A stretch of DNA of 64,000 bases from Mobula birostris (lineage: Eukaryota). Positions 38,841 to 51,470 of this stretch are shown one piece after another. The stretch is from assembly GCF_030028105.1 (NCBI RefSeq), contig NC_092401.1, positions 6,854,984-6,918,983 of the forward strand, written 5' to 3'. The notes under the pieces were generated by a model. That model was not told the origin of the DNA. It did not search any database and was given only the letters and a program-made list of their open reading frames with translations. Made by a program: the position numbers and the translations under genes. Every line of letters begins with the position of its first letter. Position 1 is the stretch's first letter.

Positions 38841-39128
38841 ATATGTGCATAAAAGATATGCAGACTATATTTGTATCCGGAGCGACAGGACTTGAAGTGT
38901 TATTGATATTTGTCTTTCTTTGGTTGAGCTGTTTCAGGAAAATACTACTTCTTCTTGCATCAGCAGTTATGTTGATAAATGTAATGGGCAAGTATGGCAT
39001 AATATATTTGTATCTATGAATGGCCCCTGGCATCTATCACAGTATTCCACCTTGATGAGACATTGCCAACCTTGGCTGTGCTCTTTCTAACTTGGGATTA
39101 TAATGTTGCTTGTTGGGATTGGTTAATG

Positions 39129-40343
39129 CAGCGGTCCCCAACCACCGGGCCGCAAAGCATGCGCTACCGGGCCGCAAGGAAATGATATGATTTGGCGATA
39201 TGAGTCAGCTGCACCTTTCCTCATTCCCTGTCACGGCCACTGTTGAGCTTGAATGCACGCAAGCTCATTACCCGCGCGTCATCCATGTCAGCGCGGGAAG
39301 AATATCAACTCCTCGAGCTTGCAAATGACGGCGGGCTGAAAAGTATGTTTGACATAACATCTCTGCCGGCATTCTGGATTAAAGTCAAGGCTGAATATCT
39401 TGAGATAGCCATGAAAGCACTGAAAACGTTGCTTCCATTTCCAACTTCATATGGCTGCGAAGTGGAGTTTTCTGCGATGAATGCAATGAAAACAAAATTG
39501 CGGAATAGACTGGACATAAGAACCCCCTTCGAATATCGCTGTCTCCCATCACCCCTCGATGGGACCGTCTTGTTGCAGGAAAACAAGCCCAGGGCTCCCA
39601 CTGATTCAGTGATATTGGTGTGTTGCAATGATTTTATATGTTCATACGGGGAAAATATGTGCTGTGCGTTTAATATCCAAACGTTACTTAAAATGTTATG
39701 ATGCTATTGACTTATAAGTGTTTTATATAAACATATAACAATTGCAGCACGGAAACAGGCAATCTCTGCCCTTCTAGTCCGTGCCGAACGTTACACTCAC
39801 CTAGTCCCACCGACCTGCACTCAGCCCATAACCCTCCATTCCTTTCCTGTCCATATACCTGTCCAATTTTTCTTTAAATGATAGTATCGAACCTGCCTCT
39901 ACCACTTCTACTGGACGTTCGTTCAACACTTACTTCAAGCTCCCCTGATAATTGACTTAAATCACTATATTCATGCGAGGAAAATACGTGCTGTGTTTAA
40001 TGTTAAATTTGTTCGATTAAACCCTTTTAGAAACGAAATTGAGTGTATTAGTCACTTATCACCTATATTCCGGTTGTGATTAACACCCTTCCCCCAAACA
40101 GAATTGCCAAAAACGATTTGTAGAAAAAAACCAGCAGATACACACATACGCAAGTCACACATGCGCACTGGTGCCTGCGCAAGGCTTCATGGTCATTGTA
40201 GTCTTTCTCGGGGTAAAGACAACGTAATCGACTGCTACTCTTGTCCGTTGGTAACCATACCCCACCCCCCCAGTTTGGCTGGTCAGCAAGAATATTGTCA
40301 ATAAGAAACCGGTCCGCGTTGCAAAAAAGGTTGGGGACCCCTG
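39129..40343 (+). mobile_element. hAT (Charlie/Buster-type) internally deleted transposon
   Basis: TIRs CAGCGGTCCCCAACC / GGTTGGGGACCCCTG; perfect 8-bp TSD GGTTAATG; C-terminal dimerisation domain remnant FWIKVKAEY...LLPFPTSYGCEVEFS...KTKLRNRL. Confidence 0.95.
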
Positions 40344-40485
40344 GGTTAATGTGCCTTCATATTTACACCAAGTCTCTACAGAAGCAGAATATCATAACTA
40401 AAATGAGTCAAGTGCCCGATTAAGTCATAAGGACAAGTAAATGTTTAGAATGGTGGTGAATATTGGTAGCTCAGGCTGAGGCACT

Positions 40486-41090
40486 TGATGTTGTGGTGCT
40501 TGCCGAATTTGGCAATGAGCTTGCAGACGTTTCATCACCAGTCGAGGTGATATCCTCAGTGCTCAGTTGTGGGTGTTTTGTCGTGGGAGTGCTCGCATTT
40601 GTATCAGCCCCTGTTTGCTTTCCTCAGACCTGATTGGCTACCCCTTCAGTTGACCTTTGAATTCTATTAGCTCATGTTTCTTTAGCTCTTAGGGGTCAGT
40701 AGATGGAATTTATTTTGAAATATTTGTTTACGGAGTTATCAGATGAGAACCACGCTTGTGAAAGTTCTCATGCCTTCTTCGTGTTTGCCTGCTCCAGAAC
40801 CAATATGGTGTCCCAGTTAAAGGGGTGGTGTTCTCCGTCTTCATGTACTGAGATCAGTGAAAGTGGATCATGTCTCCATACTGCCAGTTAGTGTTAGAAA
40901 CACGACCCAGTAGAATTTAAAGGGCAACTTGAGGGAAACCAATCAGTACAGAGGCAAACGAATGGGGGCCTACGTAAACACAAGCCTTCCCAGATAGAAA
41001 CACTAGCAACTGAGCACTGAGGATGTCACCTCGACTGCTGATGAAACCTCTGCAAGCTCATTGCCAAACTTGGCGCAGACTACCACATCA
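40486..41090 (-). mobile_element. Penelope-like element fragment with inverted pseudo-LTRs
   Basis: ~200-bp inverted arms; the middle decodes on the minus strand to RHDPLSLISVHEDGEHHPFNWD..VLEQANTKKA*E...AWFSSDNSVNK (GIY-YIG C-terminus). Confidence 0.8.
40523..40562 (-). ncRNA. Minimal type I hammerhead ribozyme motif (second copy at 41014-41053, + strand)
   Basis: GCA-CUGAGGA-U-AUCACC(UCGACU)GGUGAU-GAAA-CG-UC-UGC. Confidence 0.6.
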
Positions 41091-41184
41091 AATGGGTAAA
41101 TGTGTTCCAAGCTTGGATGTCAAATACAATCCTCGTGGGTGGGTTTTGCTGCACCGTGAAGGTAAAACATACATGCGGGACTAA

Positions 41185-41880
41185 GAACGTTAGAGTATAA
41201 GGAATAGGAGCAGGAGTCGGCCATCTGGCCCGTCGAGCTGCTCCGCCATTCAATAAGATCCTGGCTGATCTGGCCATGGACTCATTTCCACCTACCTGCT
41301 TTTTCCCCTTAAACCTTAATTCCCCTACCATGCAAAATCTATCCAACATTGTCTTACATGTATTTACTGAGGTAGCCTCCACTGCTTCATTGGGCAGAGA
41401 ATTCCACAGATTCACCACTCTCTGGGAAAAGCAGTTTCTCCTCACCTCCATCCTAAATCTACTCCTCGGATTTTGCGGCTATGTCCCCTGGTTCTAGTCT
41501 CACCGACCAGTGGAAACAATGTTCCGGCCTCAATCTCATCTATCCTATTCATAATTTTATGTTTTTAAGATCTCTCATCCTTCTGAATTCCAGCGAGTAC
41601 AGTCCCAGGTGACTCAATCTCTCCTTAAGTCTAACCCCTCATCTCTGGAATCAACCTGGTGAACCTCCTCTGCACTGCCTCCAAAGCCAGTATATCCCTC
41701 CTTAAGTAAGGAGACCAGAACTGCACACAGTACTCCAGGTATGGCCTCACCAGTACCCTGTACAGTTGCAACATAATCTCCCTGCTGTTAAATTCAATCC
41801 CTCTAGCAATGAAGGCCAGTGTTACATTTGCTTCTTGATAGCCTGCTGCACCTGCAAACCAACCTTTTGCGATTCATGCA
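41185..41880 (-). mobile_element. CR1 LINE 3' fragment
   Basis: ORF piece EVRRNCFSQRVVNLWNSLP; CR1 tail. Confidence 0.85.
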
Positions 41881-44486
41881 CAATACAAAGAGCCAATATT
41901 GTGTCAACACCGTACTCCGTAGCCATTGGAATGTTAACAATTTAACTTTGCTTTGTTGTGGCAATGCCCTTGTTTCGTCCAGTCCAGCTATGGGACTTGA
42001 GGCCCAGGTACCATGAGATATTCATTGACTGATTGAAATATTACTGTAATAATGAGCTAATGGAACAGCTGCATCAACACTTGACTCACACATGTGAGGG
42101 ACAGGAATGGCTACTTCAAGTGCCGAGTTTTAGATGTTTTAGAAAGGACAGTGAGGGAGGCAAAAGAGGTGGGGGCATGGCACTGTTGATCAGAGATAGT
42201 GTCACGGCTGCAGAAAAGGTGGATGTCATGGAGGGATTGTCTACGGAGTCTCTGTGGGTGGAGGTTAGGAACAGGAAGGGGTCAATAACTCTACTGGGTG
42301 TTTTTTACAGGCCGCCAAATAGCAACAGGGATATCGAGGAGCAGATAGGGAAACAGATCCTGGAAAGGTGTGATAATATCAAAGTTGTCGTGGTGGGAGA
42401 TTTTAATTTCCCAAATATTGATTGGCCTCTCCCTAGATCAAGGGGTTTAAATGTGTTAGGTGTGTTCAGGAAGGTTTCTTGACACAATATGTAGATAGGC
42501 ATACAAGAGGAGAGACTGTACTTGATTTGGTATTGGGAAATGAACCTGGTCAGGTGTCATATCTCTCAGTGGGAGAGCATTTTGGAGATAGTGATCATAA
42601 TTCTCTCTCCTTTACAATAGCACTGGAGAGAGTTCGGAACAGACAAGTTAGAAAAGCGTATGATTGGAGTAAGGGGAATTATGAGGCTATCAGGCAGGAA
42701 CTTGGAAGCTTAAATTGGGAGCAGATGTTCTCAGGGAAAGGTACGGAAGAAATGTGGCAAATGTTCAGGGGATATTTGTGTGGAGTTCTGCATAGGTACG
42801 TTCTAATGAGACGGAAGTTATAGTAGGGTACAGGAACTGTGGTGTACAAAGTCTGTTGTAAATCTAGTCAAGAAGAAAAGAAAAGCTTACGAAAGGTTCA
42901 GAGAGCTAGGTAATGTTAGAGATCTAGAAGATTATAAGGCTAACAAGAAGGAGCTTAAGAAGAAATTAGGAGAGCCAGAAGGGGCCATGAGAAGGCCTTG
43001 GCGAGCAGGATTAAGGAAAACCCCAAGGCATTCTACATGTATGTGAAGATTAAGAGGATAAGACGTGAAAGAACAGGACCTATCAAGTGTGACAGTGGGA
43101 AAGTGTGTATGGAACCGGAGGAAATAGCAGAGGTACTTAATGAATACTTCACTTCAGTATTCACTATGGAAAAGGATCTTGGTGATTGTAGTGATGACTT
43201 GCAGCAGACTGAAAAGCTTGAACATGTAGATATTAAGAAAGAGGATGTGCTGGAGCTTTTGGAAAGCATCGAGTTGGATAAGTCACCGGGACTGGATGAG
43301 ATGTACCCCAGGCTACTGTGGGAGGTGAGGGAGGAGATTGCTGAGCCTCTGGTGATGATCTTTGCATCATCAATGGGACGGGAGAGGTTCTGGAGGATTG
43401 GAGGGTTGCGGATGTTGTTCCCTTATTCAAGAAATGGAGTAGAGATAGCCCAGGAAATTATAGACCAGTGAGTCTTACTTCAGTGGTTGGTAAGTTGATG
43501 AAGAAGATCCTGAGAGGCAGGATTTATGAACATTTGGAGAGGTATAATATAATTAGGAATAGTCATTGGCTTTGTCAAGGGTAGGTCGTGCCTTACGAGC
43601 CTGATTGAATTTTTTGAGGATGTGACTAAACACATTGATGAAGGAAGAGCAGTAGATGTGGTGTATATAGATTTCAACAAGGCATTTGATAAGGTGCCTC
43701 ATGCAAGGCTTATTGAGAAAGTAAGGAGCCATGGGATCCAAGGGGACATTGCTTTGTGGATCCAGAACTGGCTTGCCCACAGAAGGCAAAGAGTGGTTGT
43801 AGACGGGTCATATTCTGCATGGAGGTTGGGGACCAGTGGTGAGCCTCAGGGATCTGTTCTGGGACCTTTACTCTTCGTGATTTTTATAAATGACCTGGTT
43901 GAAGTGGAGGGATGGGTTAGTAAGTTTGCTAATGACACAAAGGTTGGAGGTGTTGTGGATAGTGTGGAGGGCTGTCAGAGGTTACAGCAAGACATTGATA
44001 GGATGCAAAACTGGGCTGACAAGTGGTAGATGGGATCAAACCAGATAAGTGTGAAGTGGTTCATTTTGGTAGGTCAAATATGATGGCAGAATATGGTATT
44101 AATGGTAAGACTCTTGGCAGTGTGGAGGATCAGAGGGACCTTGGGATCCGAGTCCATAGGACACTCAAAGCTGCTACGCAAGTTGACTCTGTGGTTAAGA
44201 AGGCATATGGTGTATTGGCCTTCATCAATCGTGGGATTGAGTTTAGGAGCCGAAAGGTAATGTTGCAGCTATATAGGACCCTGGTCAGACCCCACTTGGA
44301 GTACTGTGCTCAGTTCTGGTTGCTTTACTACAGGAAGCATGTGGAAACCATAGAAAGGGTGTAGAGGAGATTTACAAGGATGTTGCCTGGATTGGGGAGC
44401 ATGCATTATGAAAACAGGTTGAGTGAACTCGGCCTTTTTTCCTTGGAGTGACAGAGGATGAGAGGTGACCTGATAGAGGTATATAA

Positions 44487-45366
44487 TGTTACATACTGTA
44501 ACCTTTAGAAATAAACCAGCAGCAAAAGGTTTCACACTGAGTCGGGTTTTAATGTTAAAACCACTATCTTTATTAGTATCTACTTACAATATTGTAACTT
44601 AACCAAGATAAACAGGTGTTAACAGTGTGATGTGTATATATGTGTGTGGTATAGCTCCCAAACTAAGTTAAGCTTGGGGAAACAAAGTTTAGAGTCTTGA
44701 GATGGTAAGGTAGGAAAGTTCAGTTCATCCACAGAATATATGATAGGAGAGAGGTATTTGTAATCCAGGGTGAAACGTAGAGAATAGGTGGTTACGTCAA
44801 ATTTCACAGGTAAACAAAAGTATTCCACAGATTCCATGATGGTAAAATGAGATAACAGTCACTGTAGATCGAGAATCCACATATGAGTTATCTCCGGAAG
44901 TGATCTGTCACAGGGATATCGTCTTCAAGGGGTTGCCACACAACATACCCAGGCAAGGGGTAACACATAAGTGGTCTCCCAAACAAAATCCACTCCTTTG
45001 GATTACACGAAGTGAAAGACACCCATTCGTAGTGCACCGTGTGCAGATATTTAACCCACCCTTGTGGGCATAAGAGAGTTTGGAACCATCGCAGTGACAA
45101 GCTGAAGTTTCATCAGTGTCCCCCTCCCCATCTCCTCCCCCTCCCCATCTCCTCCCCCTCCCCATCTCCTCCCCCTCCCCATCTCCTCCCCCTCCCCATC
45201 TCCTCCCCCCTCCCTCTCTCCCCCTCCCTCTCTCCCCCTCCCCCATGACTGTCTGTGTCCTTGTTTTAAACAAGCTGCCATCAGTCAGTGAACATCATAG
45301 TCCCACCTCATTGAGGTACTCTTAAGATAACAATCCACAGTAAGTGAAATCTGTGGGTTCGTAACA
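44487..45366. mobile_element. Solo LTR (Gypsy/ERV-type), 880 bp
   Basis: TGTTAC...GTAACA termini with a 4-bp TSD ATAA; the CR1 sequence resumes exactly after it. Confidence 0.85.
45120..45245 (+). repeat. C-rich minisatellite (~17-bp unit CCCCTCCCCATCTCCTC)
   Basis: Directly visible tandem copies. Confidence 0.9.
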
Positions 45367-46404
45367 ATAAGATGATGAGAGGCATTGATCGTGTGGATAG
45401 TCAGAGACTTTTTCCCATGGCTGAAATGGCTGCCACAAGAGGACACAGGTTTAAGGTGCTTGGAAGTAGGTACAGAGGAGATGTTAGGAGTCAGTTTTTT
45501 ACGCAGAGTGTGGTGAGTGCATGGATGGGCTGCTGGCGGCAGTGGTGGAGGTGGAAGCGATAGGATCTTTTAAGATATCCTATTTATCACTATTAATTGT
45601 TCCACGTAAGAGGGCTTTGCGGTGCTTTATTACCTATCCTCTCCAATGCTGTGGGGTATAATAACTAATTCCTTGTTATGAATCGCTTTTCCTTTTGGTC
45701 AATACTATCCATGTCCATAATTATATTGATCCAATGCCCAATTCATGCCCTGTGCTCTCATTCCTAATTGATTCTTCTCCATTAACATGCATATCAGCTT
45801 ACTTTGTCAGCACTGGACCTTAAAGTATAAACATTGTCGATGCTCCAACCATATCACTATATACCTGGTGTGCAAATAAACACTGACAGATTGATTATTC
45901 ATACATATTTGCAGCTGCAGATTGTTGGTTCTGCTGCCATAAGCAGTGGCTCTTTCACTGGCAGTTTACTGCAACGCTTCCCACCACAGCAGTCTTGCAA
46001 CACTACTTTGTACCATTGAAACTAGATAGTATCTGAATCTGATACTTTTCCTGTTGGTGACAGTAGCGGCTTTTGTTTGGCTCTTTGCATCAGTCAGCAC
46101 CACTGCTATTCTAAAACAACACACACAAAATGCTGTAGGAACTCAGCAGCTCAGGTAGCATCTATGGAAATGAATAAACAGTTGACATTTTGGGCCGAGA
46201 CCCTTCATCAAGACTGTTGTAGTTCTTAAACTTCTGTTTTATTCTGTTATAGTTCTTAAAATTCTGTTGGCATCAGCTGGCATGTAAAATATTGTTTGGG
46301 TTCTATCTTTTGTGATGAATTTCCCAAGAATTTCCAAGCTCCGTACACTGAATGGGCTGAATATGCAGAATGTGTTTCCATTGCTTAATCTAAACCTATT
46401 TATA

Positions 46405-48032
46405 CAGGTTTCCCCCGCCATCCGAAGGCAGAGCGTTCCTATGAAACGGTTCGTAAGCCGGAATGTCGTAAAGCGAAGAAGCAATTACCATTTATTTATA
46501 TGGGAAAATTTTGTGAGCGTTCGCAGACCCAAAAATAACCTACCAAATCATGCCAAATAATACATAAAACCTAAAATAACAGTAACATACAGTAAAAGCA
46601 GGAATGATATGATAAATACACAGCCTATATAAAGTAGAAATACTTCTCTACAACAATTGCCTGCACTGTTCCCGCAACGAAAATCTCACGCAAGCGCCGT
46701 CAGCAGAAAATCTCACGCAAGCACTGTTGGCAAAACACTCTCTCCAGTAAACTATAAGCTATGAAGCTGCCAAATCATACCAAATAACATGTAAAAATAC
46801 ACAGCCGATATAAAGTATAAATAATGTATGTACAGTGTAGTATCACTTACCGGAATTGGGACAGCACCAAGCACACTGATGATGGTGTGTTAGGCTGAGT
46901 CGTCACAGGTTGGGGTGGTGCAGTGGCCCCTACCCTCCGGGCAGTGAACCGATACCGATGCGCGAAGCATGCAGGGGTGCAGTGGTAGCCAGGATGCATC
47001 GAGCTCATCTTTAAGAAAAAAGCCGAAATAAACATGCTAATTAATTAGGTGCCGCCCGGCCCGTAAATGTTGGCCCAGATCAGCGACAACACAGTTGACA
47101 ATCGCCTCTGATCTGGGCCGACAATTACGTGCCCGGTGGCACCTAATTAATTAGCTTATTTATTTCGGCTTTTTTCTTAAAGATGTGCAGTGTGCCTCCC
47201 GTCTACCACTGCATTCTCTGCGAATCGGTATCTGACTGGGGATTGGGGTGGTGGGACACTGGGGTGTCATCTCATCGTCGTCTTTTTCCATTAGAGCAGG
47301 CAGCTCGTCTTCTCCTATGACTGCCCGCCTCGATGTCGAAGTTCGAGGTTCTTCGTCTGCTGTGGCTGATGTGGAAGACTTGCTTGACTGCTGAGCCTCG
47401 CGCATTTTTCTATCATACAGTTCTTTGTAAGCACTCAAACCATCTTGCAAATATCCCATAAACCTATGTACCCTTTCAAAATTAAAGTTGTACTTTTATC
47501 ATTGAAGTGAAAATCTCACGCAGTTGCTTCACGTTCAGTTCCTGGACGACTTCACCTTCGGTCTGTTTGCTACTGTATTCGGTTTTGATTGTTTTCCTTT
47601 CCTCTTCCAATTGCATCAGCTCTTCATCTATCAGTTCTTGGTCATGTGATGCCAAAACCTCTTCAACAACTTCCACAAGCCAAACTCACTTTGTCCTTAC
47701 TTGGTTCACCACGTTCGAAAAGCTTAATTATGTCTAGTTTTACGCTAAGTGTAACACCCTTACGAGCTCTTTCAGGCTTTTCGGATACCTTAGAACTCAT
47801 CTTGCAAACAGCTGCTCACAGACACGTGTTTAAGCAATGCCGGCGAGAATGCAGTTCCGAATCTGGGGGAGAGCGTCTGCTCGGGGTGCACGGCGTGCTG
47901 CCTTTTATCGCGCGCTGATTTTTTTTTCCACGTGCTGCCTTTTTTCGTTACAGTAAAAACAGGGAACTGATGTAGGTCTTTCTTAACAGTGAGGTTTCGG
48001 AAAGCGAACGTTCGAAAAGCGGGGGACACCTG
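46405..48032 (-). mobile_element. Tigger/pogo-type internally deleted transposon
   Basis: TA-CAGGTTTCCCCCGC...GCGGGGGACACCTG-TA; minus strand MSSKVSEKPERARKGVTLSVKLDIIKLFERGE (HTH start) joined directly to the acidic C-terminus VEEVLASHDQELIDEELMQLEEE. Confidence 0.9.
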
Positions 48033-50649
48033 TACAAGATCTCCTCTCAGTTTGAAACTGACTGTGATAACTGGGTAGTAGTGTGCTGTTAAGCTTCACA
48101 TTTTAAAAGATACAAAAAATGCTCTTCAGTTCCTTTATATTCTAAATGTTCTACACGAAAAGCTGAAAATATACAACCGGTCCAAGTGTCTCTGAAAAAA
48201 GAGTTTACTGCTGAGAGACTTCTTTATTAGAAGAACTATTTCTGATGGAAAAGCTGTTGAACTGAACCAATACCTGTTTCTTTCCTCACAGAAGCTGCAT
48301 GACTTGCGGTGAGCTGGCAGCACACTTGGGCATAGTGGCTTCTATGGAGTCAGCCAAAGGACTTATTGTCTTTCGTTAAAAATATATTTTGCGATCGCAA
48401 GACCCTGCTGGATATTAAGAACTACCCCATCAGTGAGTTGCTCATTGCCAGAGAAACTGTAGGAGCTGGACTGGATGCAGACCGTCACGTTGCCTGTGAC
48501 AGAAAGGTGTGCAATCTTACAGCGAGTGATCATCTTAGTCGTTTTTCTTTTGGTAGCAAGAAAGACCTGATGCTGCAAGTTCAACCATGGTTTTTTTTGG
48601 CGAATGGCAGGGGAACTCAGTCGTAGCGAGGACTGGGCCTCAAGCTGCAGTGTTGCCTGTTTGCCGCTGCCCAGGGGAGGGCGTGGAGTTGGGTGCTGCA
48701 CTGGAGTGCTGGAGGTGGTGTGGTGTGGCGTGATATCCATGCTGGAGATGGTGCCCCCCCCCCCCCGTTTGCTTGGTAAAACACGAGCTATATGGTCTTT
48801 GACTGCAGACTGTTCAGATCCTTGGATTTTTGTGCGTCTGTATTTACTGCTGTCTTATATGTGCCTTGTGCAGTGTATGATTGCTGGTACTGTTTTGGAC
48901 CATGGCCCCGGAGTAACACCATTTTGTTTAGCTGTATCCATGTATGATTGAATGACAATTAAACTTCAACTTGACTTGTTAAACATCTCCAAACTTTCCG
49001 TTTTGTTTTCACATTTCCAGCGTTCTGAAAATTTTGCATTTTAACCAGTACATTGTTGACTACTGAGTAACTTCTATGTCCTTAACTTTTGTCATATAAC
49101 TCCATAGGCTGATTATACTTACTGAAAACAAATGGCTTGTGACTATTGTATTTAAAATCTTTGGAATTTATTCATAGGCATTTTTGTCCCAAACATCTTG
49201 TGGAACTTGTTATTTGACTGATGGCGTCAGAAGGCACACTTTGTTTTCTAAAGTAGGTTGTTGAATTTGAGTGCCTACCGGCGTGTATTGCGATTGCAAT
49301 TGCACAATGCTTTTGGATAATGAAATCTGAATATTATTCAACCATTTGAATTTAGTGACAGATCAGGATGGTGCATTATATGGCATAGATGATGATCCCG
49401 TCATATTGCAGCTTTTAAGAACATGAGATAGTAGCAGGAGTGTGTATGTGACCCCTCGAGCCTGCTTCACCATTGCTGATCTGACCTTGGTTTTGTCTAC
49501 TTTACTGACTTTCCCACCACTCTTCACTCTCCTGTAGTTCAAAAATATTTCTTTCTGAGTGAATATATTCAACGACTTGCCCTCCACTTTTTCTAAGCTA
49601 AAGAATTATAAAGGTTCATAACCCTCTGAGAGAAAGTACACATATGTTGTCCTTCCTATGGTTTTCTGTAGAATATAGATGGTTTGTAGCATTTATAATG
49701 GTGATTGGCTAAGACATGGATTAAACCAATATTTATTTTCTACTGGCTGATGCTCTGGAGCAAGGTGACAATGTTACAAAGTTAAACTTAGCACTTCTAG
49801 GACAGAGAGCTCTCTCTTGATAGGGGTGGGCAGGGCGAGAGTCTGCTGGTTCTGGAGTTGAGTGAGCTCGAATAAGTGTCACTTCAGACTTAACATGGAA
49901 ACAGCGAGCTGTTAGTCACCCCTCTCACTGCGCAAAGGGTGACACCTTGTTAGTGAGTGAGAGAGTGAGTCTGTGGCATGTTGAGTTGTTGGGTGAATAA
50001 TGGGGTCTCTTTTTGGGGGCTTTGTTATTGCTTGTGTGGTAGTCCTGCTGGAACAAGGGGGCGTTGGAGGGAGGCTTGATGCTCTGCTGCTGCTTGTGAG
50101 TGAGAGGGTGGGGGCTTTGGGGTTCTAATGTTTTTCTGTCATTCATTCTTTGGGGCTTGCTTCTGTTTCATGGATGTTTGTGATGAGCAAGAATTTCAGG
50201 TTATATACTGTAAACATTCTCTGATTTTAAATGGAACCATTGAGAACCAGAGTTTTTTTTAAAGAAGGTTTCAAGGCAGTGCAATATAATACAGAATTAC
50301 AAATTAGACCATGTTAATATTTCAGAGCAGGTTAGATGGGTTAATGGTGGAAGTGGAGCACGATGGGTCCTGGGCATCAAATCTTTAAAAATAGCGCATA
50401 GTATACAATTCCCCACAGTGCGTTTCAGAGAAGTGCTGCGATACTATCAAGGGAGAGGAGGCTATCAAGCCCAGGAACACACATCATTGTAGTAAGTCAG
50501 CAGCAAGTGGATGACATTCAAATGGAGTGATTGCTGTTGTCAGTTAACTTGCAGTGGTCACAAAGTGGTGAAGTACAGGTTTGTTTGCTAGATGTAGAAA
50601 GACAGGTTAATCCTAATAAATCCAATGCGAGAGACCATAAATGACAGTA

Positions 50650-51470
50650 ACATATTCACATGAAACATAGTCATTGAAGCTTGGTGAGAGATCATGCCCT
50701 CAAATGGTGTGATTTTTATCTTAGGCGCTGGAGAGACACTGAAGCTGGTGTAAAATCCATGTTTATTATAACAAGCAGACATTCTTTAGAGGACCCTTTA
50801 GGTAGAGTCTCCGAAACTCAAAGGATATCACATTTTTTATACCTTTAAGGTCAAAGGAAACAGCAGTTCATGCAATACAATTTCTACAGTTAGAATTGTT
50901 TACTTCAATATTTTGAGTATGACAGTGCTGCCGTTCATTTGAATATCTACAATGGTGGGGGGGGCACCTTTGAAGGTTCAAACATCTTTGCTGTGACAAA
51001 CTAATTCACAAGGGCGTCCTAAAAGCTCTGAGGCAGAGATCCCAGGTACACAAAGTTAATGCTGTAAGGACTGGCTCAAGTACACAAATATCCCTATCGA
51101 TTGAGCAAACATGCCTCTGAGTGTATTTGATGTGCTAAGTGATGTCAGTCTGGTCTATAAGTTTCATCGGACTTGGCCACAGTGGTGAAAAGTAACTTGT
51201 CCTGTGTTGCCTGGTTTGATGTAGCCAATTAACATAACCTCAGTCTTGCAATTGGCTGATGCATACTAGAATATGTCATGGTCACTTTACAAACCATATC
51301 AAAGTAGGCAGCAGCCTGTTCTCTGTAGAGGGTACTATTTATTTACAACATTGTCCTTTTAACTTCAAACTCATTACTGCTTTCGATTTACAATAAGAAC
51401 TGAAAATTGGCTCTCATTTAATTAATGTCTGCTATACTCACATAATTTCATAACTCTTGAATCCTTAACA
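50650..51470 (-). mobile_element. Possible ERV-type solo LTR
   Basis: Minus-strand TATA-like GGTATAAAAAA and AATAAA in LTR-like spacing; ends in TAACA; no TSD confirmed. Confidence 0.35.

Larger units (their letters stand above)
42088..45580 (+). mobile_element. Long CR1 ORF2 (APE endonuclease + RT) pseudo-copy, interrupted by a solo LTR
   Basis: GVFYRPPN, VVGDFNFP, SDHN, DFNKAFDKV, PQGSVLGPLLF, KFANDTK; frameshifts and stops. Confidence 0.95.

Noticed and set aside
39243-39701. Domesticated ZBED/Buster-type gene
   Set aside because: Only a C-terminal fragment, lying inside TIRs with a TSD.
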